Of a stretch of 64,000 nt of DNA, positions 51,493-64,000 are shown piece after piece. Every line of letters begins with the position of its first letter. Position 1 is the stretch's first letter. This DNA comes from Balanoglossus misakiensis (taxonomy: Eukaryota; Animalia; Hemichordata). Made by a program: the position numbers and the translations under genes. Under the pieces are notes generated by a model, which ran no database searches, was not told the origin of the DNA, and saw only the letters and a list, made by a program, of their open reading frames with translations. Location of the stretch: assembly GCA_040954595.2 (NCBI GenBank), contig CM082590.2, positions 8,246,001-8,310,000 of the forward strand, read 5' to 3'.

Positions 51493-52161
51493 TACATACA
51501 GTCCATGGTATTTACGTCCTTGCAAAATTGGCTTTTCATCTGGTGACCAAGAGTGCTTGTTTTTGGTCAACGTTTGCAGTAAACAGGAGTCCAGGATGTG
51601 AAGCCACAACTTTCTAAACAGACTCATTCAGTCTGTTGTCCTTTTGAGGTTTATACGACACATCAGATTTGCACCTGAAATGAGCGACCTTGAACTTAAA
51701 CGGGATGTGTATAATTTACCCGGAACCATGCCTGATTTCTATTACACACTGGTGAACTGAGAGTAATCTCGCACTGAGGTCTTTCTTACTCTAAGTCTAT
51801 ACTCAGGCACAGTCCCTCCATCACCATGGGAGGGGGGGGGGGGGGTTGTCCCTCCACCTTGGAGGGAGAGTGTTTGACTAAAGCTACCTAGGTAATCTGC
51901 ACACCAGCTTACAAAGTCGTCCCTTTAGTAACCCAGGATGCAATTAGTCGACGACAATGACAACAAAGGACCCCCCAGCTGACCGGAGGGACGAGCCTTT
52001 ATGGCTTCTGTTAGGGGGATTAAAATGTTGTCCTGTCGGCAACGTGGTCACCAAAGGGGACCCTGAATAATAGTGACAAGGCGGGCGGGGATTAGAAGTG
52101 TTTCGAGCATGAAATTATCAATTAAATCCCGGTTAGAGGCTTAGAGACGTGTGATAGGATG

Positions 52162-52373
52162 TACTGTAAAACACTTTATTTTCGCGAGCAATAAATTTGT
52201 GCGAAATACGCGAGAGCCAAAATAGCGTGAAAATTAAAAGTCGCGTAAATTGTTTTAGAAGATAACGATGCAGTGAATGAAATACGAGAACGCGAAAATT
52301 AATACTCGCGAAACAGTGGCCTCTCGCGATATCGCGAAAATTTTAACTCGCGAAAAATTAATGTTTTACAGTA
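52162..52373. mobile_element. Tc1/mariner-type MITE (TA TSD)
   Basis: TIR ta-ctgtaaaaca ... tgttttacag-ta, with multiple internal (t)tcgcgaa(a) palindromic subterminal repeats. Confidence 0.8.
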
Positions 52374-55300
52374 ATACGCCCTCTGTTCGGCTTAGATTGG
52401 CCTTTTCACAAAGTAGCAACAAGGCTGCGATGGCGACGGTGTGTGGGGCAATGTAGGGGTCCGAGATGTCGTATCTCACGAACACGTTACTCAGGATTTG
52501 CCCCTAAGAAGCGTGACTTTTTGACTGGGATGGCGGTATGTGTTTCATACAGTGCCACTGGGTAGCGAGGGTGATATTATAGCAACACAGGACGCGTTTC
52601 CATTCAGATGTTACCACAAGTGGTAAACCATGGAACAGGGGTTGACTGTTCAACTTTTGCTGATTGTCCAAAAGGCACAGTCAAGCCAATAAAAGTATGG
52701 TTGGATTCCCTGAAGCAGTTGACACTTGAGAAAAAAATCTCCTGAGCCAATTCGCAACTGGGCTGCATCGTACACAGATGCAAATCCTAGCTTGAATCCG
52801 CAGTTATCGTCGACCTCCCTAAGTTCAGTGACAACCTGAATGAGATGAGTCAGTTTGACCACTATACATCACGTTCTGAGTCGCACAAGCGCTTATTTTC
52901 CCACTGAAGGCCACGAGCCATCCTTCAAGTGCAATCTCCGACTCCCGGATAACATCCTTGTGGGATTTTTTTTATTTCTGAGCGCTGTACCTCATCGAAT
53001 ATGACACTCAGACACACAGACACAATGGTGAGGCAGTTTGATCCAGCTGAACAATGCGTAGAGGGCCTGAACAGCCTTGGCAGGCAATCAATAGCCATAA
53101 AACGCAACAATGAGCAGACGACAGGTCAAAAGACGGATTTGTTGTAAAAGTGACCTGTGGAGAACCAGTGTCCCCTCGGAATATAATTTTCTGAATTATA
53201 CGTGAGTCACTGACTTTGGACTCTTCAAAAACGCAATAGCTTTGAAAATAAGCGTCCTTGAAGACATTTCTCGAAAATCTCACAATAATTGTAAGTTGAA
53301 ACATATACTGCAGAAACAGCACAAATTTTATCCCAGTCATAAACTATTCTCGACTTGCCACATGTATATTCACCAACTTTACATTAACACAGTTTGCAGC
53401 CATCGTCATAACTCCATAATTCTTCCGTTCAGAATTTTTTTGACATTTTAAATTCTGATTTAACAGTATTGCCGGTACTTAACATGGATGTCAATCTTAA
53501 GAACCAGGTGATGTAAATTTCTGATCGATTTTTTTGGTCCAATAAAGATATAGAATGGAATGGCTTCTTTTACGACCACAAGACCAGTGCTGAAATATTC
53601 ACAAAGGGTGAAATTTCGAAATTCTTCGACGCCGTCAATACTGCACGATAAATGTAATAGTTTAAAGTTACTGTGGGGGAGGGGGAGAGAGAAATACAGA
53701 CGGATAGACAGACAGAGACACAGACAGACATACAAACTGACCCACAGAACACCTGGGTATACAGATCGATGAAATATAGTGGCCTACAGTGTCAGCAAAC
53801 CACAATAAATATCAAGGTGGCATGTCTCAAACATGTTAGGGTCAAACACAATGTACCTACTCGATAAACTTACATGTTAGAACAAATACCAATTATATTA
53901 TTCGTAATGACGTCACGTAAATGCACAATTTTAATGACATCAACTGATGAACCAGATGCTTCTTTTCGTATTGATCATCCATAATGTCTTTTGACATTGA
54001 GGGCTTCCAGTCAACATTTTTAATTGAAGTGCGCACAAGGTCAAGTATGGAATTGCATTGTGTGTGACCGATATTCTCAAGGGCAAGCAACAGGGCTCCC
54101 CGAGTGCACTAGCGGTCATCGGACAATTTGATGGGAAACGCCATAATGCGTTGGGTGACGACTTTACATCATATATTCAATGAGCAACTAGTGGTATTAC
54201 ATGTTTTGGTTTTGGCGGTCAACCCAAGCAAAGGTACAGGGCAGTAAATTACAGTATAGTACCCCTAATGTATGCTTTTGCGTAGGTTAAAATGCTTAGT
54301 GTAGTTCACTGTGGTATGAAGTAGACGTACAGTGTAGTGTAGTGTAGTGTCCTTGAGGTAATTTTATCTACGGTAATGCCAATCTTTGAGGGTGTAGGGG
54401 AACCACAGGCATTTAAGAACGGTTTCTCGAGTGTTGATGTGACACAAACTGGTGAATACCACCGTTTTGTTTGTTGGTGGTTCGTATTTTTCTGGCGTGG
54501 AGATAACATAAACCACAGGCATGATGAGTGGTGGGACCGCATCACAAGTTATGAACCAGATTTTCCTATTCGTTGGAAAACCATGTTGGGAGGGGGGGGG
54601 GAGGAATAAACCACTTGTCAGAGGCGATACATACCCACTTAAGTTACAGTGACTGACGAACGATTGATATCTCAACATCGGTGTTATTGTCTGCTCGCTA
54701 TCTTGTATTGGACAACTCGAGTGGGTCGCACACAGTAAATAATACATCTAGCTCCCTGGAGACTGTCAGGCACTGCTGGTCGAGAGCGACTGCCAGAAAC
54801 TAGACCAGGGAACCCGAAGCATATCACAGAACAGAAACGTAGGTCGACTTAAGATACTGGCCAGTCCGCTACTTAATACACATCCGTCGTTAAAGCAATT
54901 TCACTGGTAGTCCAGACCGATCTGTGTACCCGAACAACTACGTTTCACTCCAACCTGGACGCTAAACAAATCCCCCTCGATCGGGTGTTATCTTGGCCCC
55001 GTGCCAAAAGCTACCGGTCAGAATATTGTATTTGGGACACGTGCGGGCGACGTGTAGCTATGTCGCCTAGAAAAAAAGACCACAAGGTCGTAGGTTGGAA
55101 ACTAAACTGTCCTCTGGTGCATGGGATATACAAACATGCAGGGAAAAACCAACAGGTTGTTGTTGGTTTAGGAACACGACATAGACACAGATTGTTGCAC
55201 TTTTACTTGTCGATTATACATTGTTCTCTGTGCATGTGTCGTTGACTTGAAAACTGCATTTTTTTCGCAGAGTCATTTCATCAACCTTTGCGGACATCAC

Positions 55301-58300
55301 ATTAAATATATCACCAGAGCGACCACCGTACTTCTACCATCTACCTTGTCTAGGGGCTTACCCCCTTTTGGAGTCAATGAAATATGTCAACGGACGCCTC
55401 TTCCTAACTGGTGATGGCAAATTGGCCCAAATCCCTCCTTCTACTCTTGGCTTCATGTCACCATGGTGACCAATACCACGCACCCATTCCCATCGGCACA
55501 TTGCCAAAGTAGACCCAATCTACTAGTATTCAATTTACAGAGTAAAAATCTCCGGATGGATATTTCATTACATTTCAAAGGGATTTACTGCTCTCTCAAA
55601 ATATTTTATAATCCGATTCATGACCCTTGTCAAAACCCTTTTAGATTACAAACTGCAACTTCTCAGACTCGTATACTGGGCACATTCATTTGCACCAGAC
55701 GTCTGAGTGGGGTGATATATTAAAGGTAATATAATTTCAGAACTCCTTATGGTAAAATCTGATTGTGAAAGTCAGTGAGTCTGATCAGGCCATGGGGTAT
55801 AGAGCGAGACCTTTTGGCTCTGTCGTCAGGCAGGGCTGAAGTGGTGACTGGCTTGTTGAATCCTAAGAAAAGGGCCCTGTATAATAACGTGAATCTGTCC
55901 CTTCTTTCATGGTTTTTGTCACGGTTGTGCGTTTGTGGAGAGCTTCGGAAAAGTCTATTGAGACTTGGAATGGTTTAAAACCAGGACTGACACAACTAGG
56001 CCGGACTCAAAGCAACGGTGAGTCAGTTGTGTCAAATGTCATCCACACGTTTTTGTTCAACTGTCGTCTGCGCATTTAAGTGCCGTTCTTTCAGGCAAAT
56101 TCCCTCGTCGTATATGCGCATGCCCACTCCAATCGGCTTTTCAGTTTGGTCAGCGCGTAACGTGAATAAGTTCACAGACCTGTCATTAACTTTCCATGGC
56201 CTTACGATACAGCTGGGTGTTTTCTGGAATACAAACACGAGTCTATCTTTTTATAGTTTCGCATAATGTGCAACAGATCCGCATGAAAGGCAGACATTAC
56301 CTTTAATGCGACGGGTAAACCAACAAGTGTGCGCTTGGTCAAATATATGACCAGGTGATTGCTGTTCACTGAATGGCTGACTGGGGTAAGACGCGTTGAT
56401 TGTCCACCAATGGGAGGAGAGATTGTAGTTTCAGAGACACATGGGACATGCAAGAACACCAATTTCAGATGTCGCGGTGCCTGGTCATTCTGGAAAGCGT
56501 CACATGTGACGTCATCGGAACATGGCGACCCAGACACATTCATTGAACAGCAAGTCCTTCGGGCATGACGGAAGATTCCACATTACAAACAGTTTGCCTT
56601 AGAATGTGATCGACACGAACGTGAAGCAGACCAGATACATGTACTCCTAAAAACGGTATCAGCAATAATCTTTTCATAAACAGGCTGACCAAAACTTTCT
56701 TAAAGGCCCATATTTGCAGAGGTGGGCATCTCTATAGATATAAACAATATGCCTTCTGTCTGTGAACAGAACTGTTTTTATGGGAAACAATAGAGAAACA
56801 AAGGGTTAACTGTGCATCACACATGCCCCTTTAAGAGTTGCTGACAGCAGCCATGCAATATCCTAGGCCACAACGCAGTGACTGATGGGGTCAATTTTGA
56901 TGAATCATCCGCTATTTATTTCTCGCGACCCTTCACTCGATATAACATCATTATTGGTTTACTGAAATCACCTCAAAGCAAAGCTCACATCAATTCTCGA
57001 TGGGTATAATTTATTGTCAGGGTACTGACACAGAATATAAGTGCTGGCACGTTAATAAGATTAACAAGATGGATTTTTTCACCTGAAGTTCCTGTCCTGT
57101 TACTAGTAATATTTGACGGGATGGTGCCGATACGTCTAGTTGCGTGGGTATTTTCAGGCCTACACGTGACTAAATACATGTCTGTGATTGCTGATTCAGA
57201 ATTTCTATCAACTGTAAGGCATACTAGTCCCAACTGTTAGAAATTCTAGATCATCCGTCATTATTATATTAAGTCACTTTTAACCGTCCTGTACCACTAT
57301 ACAAAGACTGGTACATGCAGTGAACATTTTCTGTGTCGTGTTTCCATGGCGTTTCTGACCACACACTCGTTGACGTTTCAAACTTGTGAATAGATGGACG
57401 CCAATTAGAAATTCCTTTGGTTAAATTTGACAGATGGTTGACTGTATTCTACAATGTATAACACAAATCTGTAACTGGACATTTCGATGCAGACTATGTC
57501 GAGAGAAAAGACCACACAACTTTTCATATTTAAAAGCGGTTGCACACTTTCTTCGAAGAAAACAAGTCTGGCATGACCAATTCTCGACTAACCTGACATC
57601 AAGATGGACTGAAGGATGCACTGTGGTTCCAAGGTCATCAAGTTAGCGGCGATTGGCGATAATTACCGGACCGCAGGGGGAATAGTAGATCTCGCTGGGT
57701 GCCGCGACGGCCACTAAGACAGGGGACTCCAAACGCCCGACTGTGCACACCCGATGAAACATCCAACAAAATACAAGTGTTGGTTTGTCCCAACACGCAA
57801 AGGCTTCATTTTGTACCCTTTGTTAGTACACCTAGTCACCTTTACAAAAAAACTATGCAAAGATTGACTATGTCGTGTCGTAAAAGGGACATACCACTGT
57901 CGTGACTACGGCGAAACCCTTGGTTACTAAGATTATATATAAATCCAGACCTTGAAACATAACAGGGGTCAGCGTTTTCAGTTTGGCGTGCTCTCAATAG
58001 CGGTTGCTGACCAAAGCAGAGTGAGTGAGAAAAGGCGACAAACGCCCCAATTCTTGACACACATTTCAGTGAACGTTTTACATAATCTCACAAATGGTGA
58101 TTTGTCAAACCATCATGTAATTTAATATATCAAAATTAAGCTGCATGGTGGAAGTTCTTTGGCCAATTTTGATTTATGCGTGAGATCTCCGGACAAGAGG
58201 GTATATTCACGTCCACGGCAGTGGGGGCATTTAATTTGGTCAAACGCTTGCTGTTGTTTTAAATCACGAATTAAAGTTGTGCACACACATTTTTAGTTGC

Positions 58301-58472
58301 CAGAGATTTTAGGATACCAGCACTGTCAACTGCTAGCCTCTGAAGTATAAGTTAGTTTCTTTGAGAAGGGGAAGCCCAGTTGCCAGTGCGCACGTGAGGT
58401 TTGACGGACTAGTGATATTCCACATACCACTGTCGCGTGAAGGGTTTAGGCACAGCTGCTACTGGCGAGGGA

Positions 58473-58666
58473 TTAGGGAAGAGCCATTTGTTTTCTGTAG
58501 GGGTGGATAAAGGAATTTTTTTTTGGGGGGGGGGGATAAAAATTGATGACAGATGGTGCGGAGGGAAAATGAGGACTGGCAAACAGAAAAAAAATTCAGC
58601 TGAAAGAAATTACTGATATACGAAACCCCCCCCCCCCCTCCCAGAAATCAACTGGTTCTCCCCTTA
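58473..58666. mobile_element. PIF/Harbinger-like MITE (TTA TSD)
   Basis: tta-gggaagagccatttgttttctg ... cagaaatcaactggttctcccc-tta. Same family as 42314-42523. Confidence 0.7.
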
Positions 58667-59104
58667 GAGGGCTAAACGGCTCTGTGTATAGGAAGATGTC
58701 TATGAGACACCGTCGTTTCAAATTCGGCACACAGCACTGAATAGCCCCGGTGACAATAGAACGACAATGTTTGCCAACACGCTTGACTGAACACCCCGGA
58801 CACTACAAAGAATTTAACAATTTTGTGCGCGATTGCAAAGTTTCTAACGTCATAACGGTTGCTAGCGATTGTCCGCGACCGTGTCTGAGTGCAGGCTTTG
58901 ACTTGTCGGCCATGTTTCATTCTCGCTTGGGTGTTCATAGGAATTTAAGAATCGTTAAAAATCAACAGGGAGGATTTAATAGACTTAGCCGGGTTAGCAC
59001 GTTTGAACGAGAATAACAGTTACTGCACTGGTCCTTGAAGAGACACCGTGTGATGATGTAGATGGTCTGACAGCGACTTTGTAGGGACAAGAGGGTGGGG
59101 TATT

Positions 59105-59242
59105 GGGGAGAGAGAGAAGGAAAGAGATGGAGCGAGGGGGAGAGAGGGAGAGAGAGAGAGGGGTTAGATAGATGGATGGATGGATGGATGGAAAGTTTTA
59201 GAGAACGCGAGAGATATATGGGAGACATTGAGACAGACAGAC
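59105..59242. repeat. GA/GGAT-rich simple repeat
   Basis: Runs of ga, gatg and gaca. Confidence 0.85.
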
Positions 59243-62200
59243 ACTTTTTGACAGGAAACTGACCACCACGCTATTCTATTTACGATCCCACGATCACGAC
59301 AAAGTGGGCCACAATGGTGACAAAGAAATGTCTCTTGCCGCAAAATTGCACCTTATCACCTTGGGGGTCAAGTGCACTGACCCAGAATGTCATGTTCAGG
59401 GCGAACGAGATCTCACAGTATCAAGACATCTTAATCTAAGCGGAGCAGCAGACGACACAAACACCTGTTGATGAAGCCCTCGCTATAAATATACATGACA
59501 TGACGTCAAGTTGTCATGTACATCTATAGCAAGGGTACTTATAATTGAAATTAAGTCCGGACCTATACTTGGTTAAGGTAGAATGCGCCTTGAAAAGCAA
59601 TCTTTCATATTTAGATTATCCTCTCGTAAAATTGAGAAAAAAATGGGGGTCACCGCGCACAATTTTGAATGAGAGAGCAAAATTACGTCAAATTGTCGTA
59701 AATTTGTAGTTCAAAATGGCCGCCAGTATCTGTGCATGTGAACACTACACTACAGCACAATTTTTGGTATTGACCAAAACTTGTGAAAATACAGAAGAAC
59801 TCTGAATAGTGAAAGTGCCTCGAATCAAAGGATTCAAATATAATCCATTTAAAGTGCATCGACCGGAGAAGTCGCTTCAGAACGGACAGAGCAAAGCCAA
59901 TCGTGACACAATGCGCGCATTTTATGCCAATTTACAGAATGACCTGTTGGTTTTACCAGGGCTTTGTTGCCACCATTTGCACGCCGCGCTGTCCAAACAC
60001 CACAACTCGAATGACCGCCACCAAAAAACTTAATGTGGTTCTTTGACAACCGCGGTTGTAAACATTATCGTTTCTCTCTCGGGAATTTCTCCCCAGACGT
60101 AGTGATGGGCTCACTCAGTCTCCCGGCACACCTACTTGTAGTTTGTCGAAGGAACAAGACTTTGTGTCGCTCTGAAGGAGGTGTACACAAACGATAAGAA
60201 CGAAAGTCGTGTTGGAACAAATGTAGCTCTCGTTACCAACTGATGAATGATTTAAGGGAAAATGTTGACATTTCTGCAACTAGATGACCCAATTTGCACT
60301 TTTGGGTATACACGCCTCCCAAAATGTTATCTCATGCCTTAGAATGATGTCTTTCTAGTTTGCAATGCAAAAGTCGACAGGCAAAAAGCGGACAAACTAT
60401 GTACTCCTGGAAATCCCAGGCCAATATTTCGACTCGAAGTTTGTGGTAAATGACGCGAAACATCTTCCAAGTTTTCAGTAAGTTGTAAGACAACTAATAT
60501 AACACTTGAGGCTGTTATCGTACTTTACAACCATGTTATTCCACTTGAATGTTTAGGACAGCATGCAATCATGGTCAGCCTAGGAAAAATGGAGCTTTAT
60601 CGAAACTGAACGTTCATGTAAATGAACGAGCACGTCTGTAAATGTTCACACTGCACGAAACACCTAAACGACAGTACAAGCGGATCGATACACCAAAATG
60701 CTCCAAAATTTTGGCCAGATTCGGCCAATTTCTCTCATAAACGAAGTTGTGTACTTCCAGACGAGAATGTCCCGAACATACCATGATTCTTGTGCAGTGG
60801 TCGTGCGCGCACATCCCGTGCTTTCCCAGGGCCTTGACGTTCAAGGTCCCGCGTTTATCTTTATGACGTATTACAACACACAGTTTCACACGCACCTTGG
60901 CAACCCAACAGTAGACGACAAATCTTCAAAGGTCTCCACGCTTTGGTGACAACCAGCCCCAGGCCACCAGGGGCCGGCAACCGACTAGAAATAAAATTTA
61001 TACTACTACTTCCACCAGAAATTATGACCCCACGCCCCTATTTGGGCATTATCCCGTCAAAGAACTGAACAACACATTAAAAGTTGCCGAAAGCAGTGTA
61101 CGTCCTTGCACACAAATCTAAGAGCAGCAATTTGGAGATGTGTAATTAACGAAGACATGCAATTATCTATAACGGCGACCTTTGCAAGGCTGTTAAGTTT
61201 GGAAAGATTTAAAATAACGACCGACAGTATTTGTCGTCTGAAGATTGCAGCACGAGCATGCGAATGACCTTTCCTGTAATCTCTGCACCCCTTCACCAAG
61301 TTCCAGATTCCGACTGCTCTGTTACGAGCAACGGAGATAGGAAGAAACCATTCCGTTCAGAGGTTACAGGGTCAGCCAATTCATCGTAGTGTGTTTGAGA
61401 CAAACTGAAGTAACAGAGCGACCGAAGGTGTCACTCCTCTCGACCAATTGTCCGGGTGACGGGGGCAAGAATGAAACGAGTTCAACATATTTGACAGATA
61501 GATGTGAAAGCCAGATCTCGAGTGATTACTGAAGGCGTGGTTTGTTTGGCGTCGCACTCGAAACGCTTTCTCCTATATAACTTTAAATTACAGAGAGATT
61601 CCAAAACATGCTATGAATGTATTGGAAAGTTTAAACGTACAGCTAAACTTGTCAAAGGCAAACAACCAATCGGGCTGCAGCAAGAAATATTTCAAAAGCA
61701 ACAAAACACACACAACGAATTGCCTCATTGACAGTGGAGGAAAACCTGTGTCCTTAAACGCAAGGACCATTGACCATAAAAGTGAGCCTGAAGCATGCCG
61801 GGAATTAGAGACCTCATTGAGCAGTTTTTGACCCCGAAGCACCTTGGGACTAAGTATTACCAATCCGGGGGTTGTAAACATGCCAGCCAACACAAAAGTG
61901 GCCCCGAAATTAATGTCCATATCAGATCCCCATGGTATTTGGCCCCGACACGATAGATGGAAGTGGGGCATGTTTCGACACAGTTTAGACGGGGCAATAT
62001 CCGGGGAGGGGGCATCTAGGGCTCGCATTTTAAGTCCTTTGCAGAAACACTCTTACTGCATAGGTACAAAATTGTCTTCAGAAGCTGTCACTCAATATAC
62101 CTGGGAGGTCTAGGTGTGGAACCCCCTGCTTTAGAATACACATTGTTAGGAGTAACACCCCCGTTTCAATGTCGACTTTTCCTGTAGAAAGCCAAAAATA

Positions 62201-62650
62201 TAACGGTCCTTGCAGATTAAACGCAATTGGCCAATTGGTGACATGACGTCAAAATATGCGATGATACACATAATATATTTTATGGAGTGACCTCGCCCTC
62301 ATAAGCACCAAGTTTGGTGACGTCACTAGCCTTCTCTCAAGTACCTGCAAAGCCCAGGGCTTTCTTAAAGGGCTACAAAATCGCTCATCAAGTGTTTGAT
62401 TTTCTCTGTCGGTATCTAATATCCGTAGGTCCACTTTTTCTAGGTCTCAGCAGATTTACAATAAAGTCTTATAGAATTCAATTTTGAAGTTGATTTCTAT
62501 AATGTCCCATCATTGGCGAATCACTAGATTTGTTTTATCGCCACTGTGCTGTGTTACATCTAGCCTAAAATCCCATCACTAGTTGCGAAGTTGCGTATTC
62601 ATTGGATGGTGGTCATTTTTCAAAGCGATCTGCTATCTAGTTTGGCGTGG

Positions 62651-62720
62651 TTAAAAGTATACGGTCACCTATGGCCAATTAAGATCTGGCCAATCACAGA
62701 TTTTCAGTGGTGGCACCATA
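62651..62720. mobile_element. Dispersed repeat end with TTAA (Kolobok-like non-autonomous element remnant)
   Basis: ttaaaagtatacggtcacctatgg...gatctggccaatcacagattttcagtggtg is the reverse complement of ~21390-21475 (caccactgaaaatctgtgattggctagatc...ccataggtgatcatatacctttaa). The superfamily assignment is tentative. Confidence 0.5.
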
Positions 62721-64000
62721 TGTTCTTTAGAACATTATAATACACAATTTTTGCCATTTATGGACATATATAAATTGGAGGTGTCTATGTGCCTTTAACA
62801 AATTGCAATGTCACTATGTTTGTAGTTTCGAAGTAATTTTCTTACAGATTTTTGCGCGTTGGTATGGAAACTGATTCTTACATCAAATCTATATTAAGTT
62901 GGACGGGGTGATGCATGGTCTGCAGATGGTTCATCGACCACAGTTGGCCTTTATGTCAGGACAAATTTAAACGCCATGAAAGAAAACTAGCTTGGAATAC
63001 ACAGTTCACACTGCCAATTGTACAAACGGGAATCAACACAACAACCGATTTTCTATTTGAACAGTGGTTACCGGGGTGCAACTCTGGCGATTGTGGCAGC
63101 CCCAAATGGGGACAGATATCGCGCAGGCGCACCAAGCAGGTTCCATTCATGATCCAACAGAGTGGGTTATCACCTCCAGGCAATGCTCACTCACCAAAGA
63201 CCGTTGTGGTTCTTCACCCAAATGTGGTCGTTAATTGGCCTGGTGTGAATCCACCAGATTTAACATCACCACACAACACCAAACGTAGCAGTAAAACCTG
63301 AACACGCACTGGCCAATAGGCGATGAAATTGTTTGCCATCTTTCTGGTAAATAGAGTCTTTGACCTGTCTGACCATGCAGACCAGGTCTGGCGACTACAT
63401 CCACAGGTGATATACAACGACTGCCTCTGTGCCAATTACCCTGTTAAAATCAGCGCACGTCTAATACCCCAGAAACGACAGAAACGACCAAATCTACATG
63501 TCTGGTAATCAGAGCAGAAACTAAGCCTAGCGTCTGGTTAGAAGTTGTTTTATGTACATCCCCAGACGCGAACAACCATGAACAGAATTCCTTCACGTTC
63601 CCGCACACCCTTTCAACCCTGGGGTCTTACAAGCTACCGACGCAAGACTAGGTCATTCTTTGGGGGTTCTTTAAGATCTGAACACCACCCTTACGCACTG
63701 TGCTCTCCAAACAGAGCAGGCACACTCTCCAAAGAGCGGAGAAGATTATGCACTCCTGGCGGTTTTCTGAAGCACTCCACCGCTAACAAAGACTCACCTT
63801 GTCCGCTGACAATGGACCTGTGCGCACGGACAATACTCAGCGTTGACCCGGACCAGTGGCTTGCACTGCACTGCAGCCCCCTGTTCTTGTGTCCAATACC
63901 GAGAAACCACCAATGTTGAATTGTAGCATGGAAAACGGCCACTGGACGATAATCTTTGCCGCAGTTTCATGAAAATGACCCTTCCACAAGTGATGTATAA

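Noticed and set aside
52661-52735. miR-219-like sequence tgattgtccaaa
   Set aside because: Only the first 12 nt match, and the putative star arm pairs poorly.
54305-54375. Hairpin with let-7-like tgaggta / miR-10-like taccgtagat words
   Set aside because: The matches are seed-length only, and the loop is a long (gtgta)n simple repeat unlike a pre-miRNA.
61504-63919. Several 70-146-aa ORFs
   Set aside because: They overlap on both strands with no recognisable motifs or consistent exon phases, as expected by chance.

Overview
Eukaryotic, AT-rich genomic DNA with GT-AG introns, from a bilaterian animal. An invertebrate deuterostome such as a hemichordate is my inference from the gene content and repeat style. 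The left third (1-21 kb) is almost all repeats: microsatellites, ~177-bp, ~690-bp, 60-bp and ~500-570-bp tandem arrays, MITEs, a foldback element and four tRNA-derived Pol III-like units. Three protein-coding genes can be reconstructed. They are an intronless TRIM-NHL gene (22332-24548, +), a 7-exon methylsterol monooxygenase MSMO1/SC4MOL (28075-31764, -), and, head-to-head with it, a 10-exon secreted PA-domain/PNGase F-like protein (32784-36878, +). The right part (37-64 kb) has no recognisable coding gene. It carries five miR-92-family hairpins on the minus strand (four clustered at 37.5-38.7 kb, one at 49.1 kb) and several candidate minus-strand promoters/first exons for a non-coding host transcript. 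The most unusual unexplained signals are (i) a tandem repeat at 18.1-21.0 kb that keeps canonical splice sites in every unit around short exons that appear non-coding, with stem-closed intronic elements, (ii) the octamer/TATA-flanked tRNA-like array, and (iii) an unassigned hairpin inside the miR-92 cluster. All coordinates were read by eye; no database searches were run.
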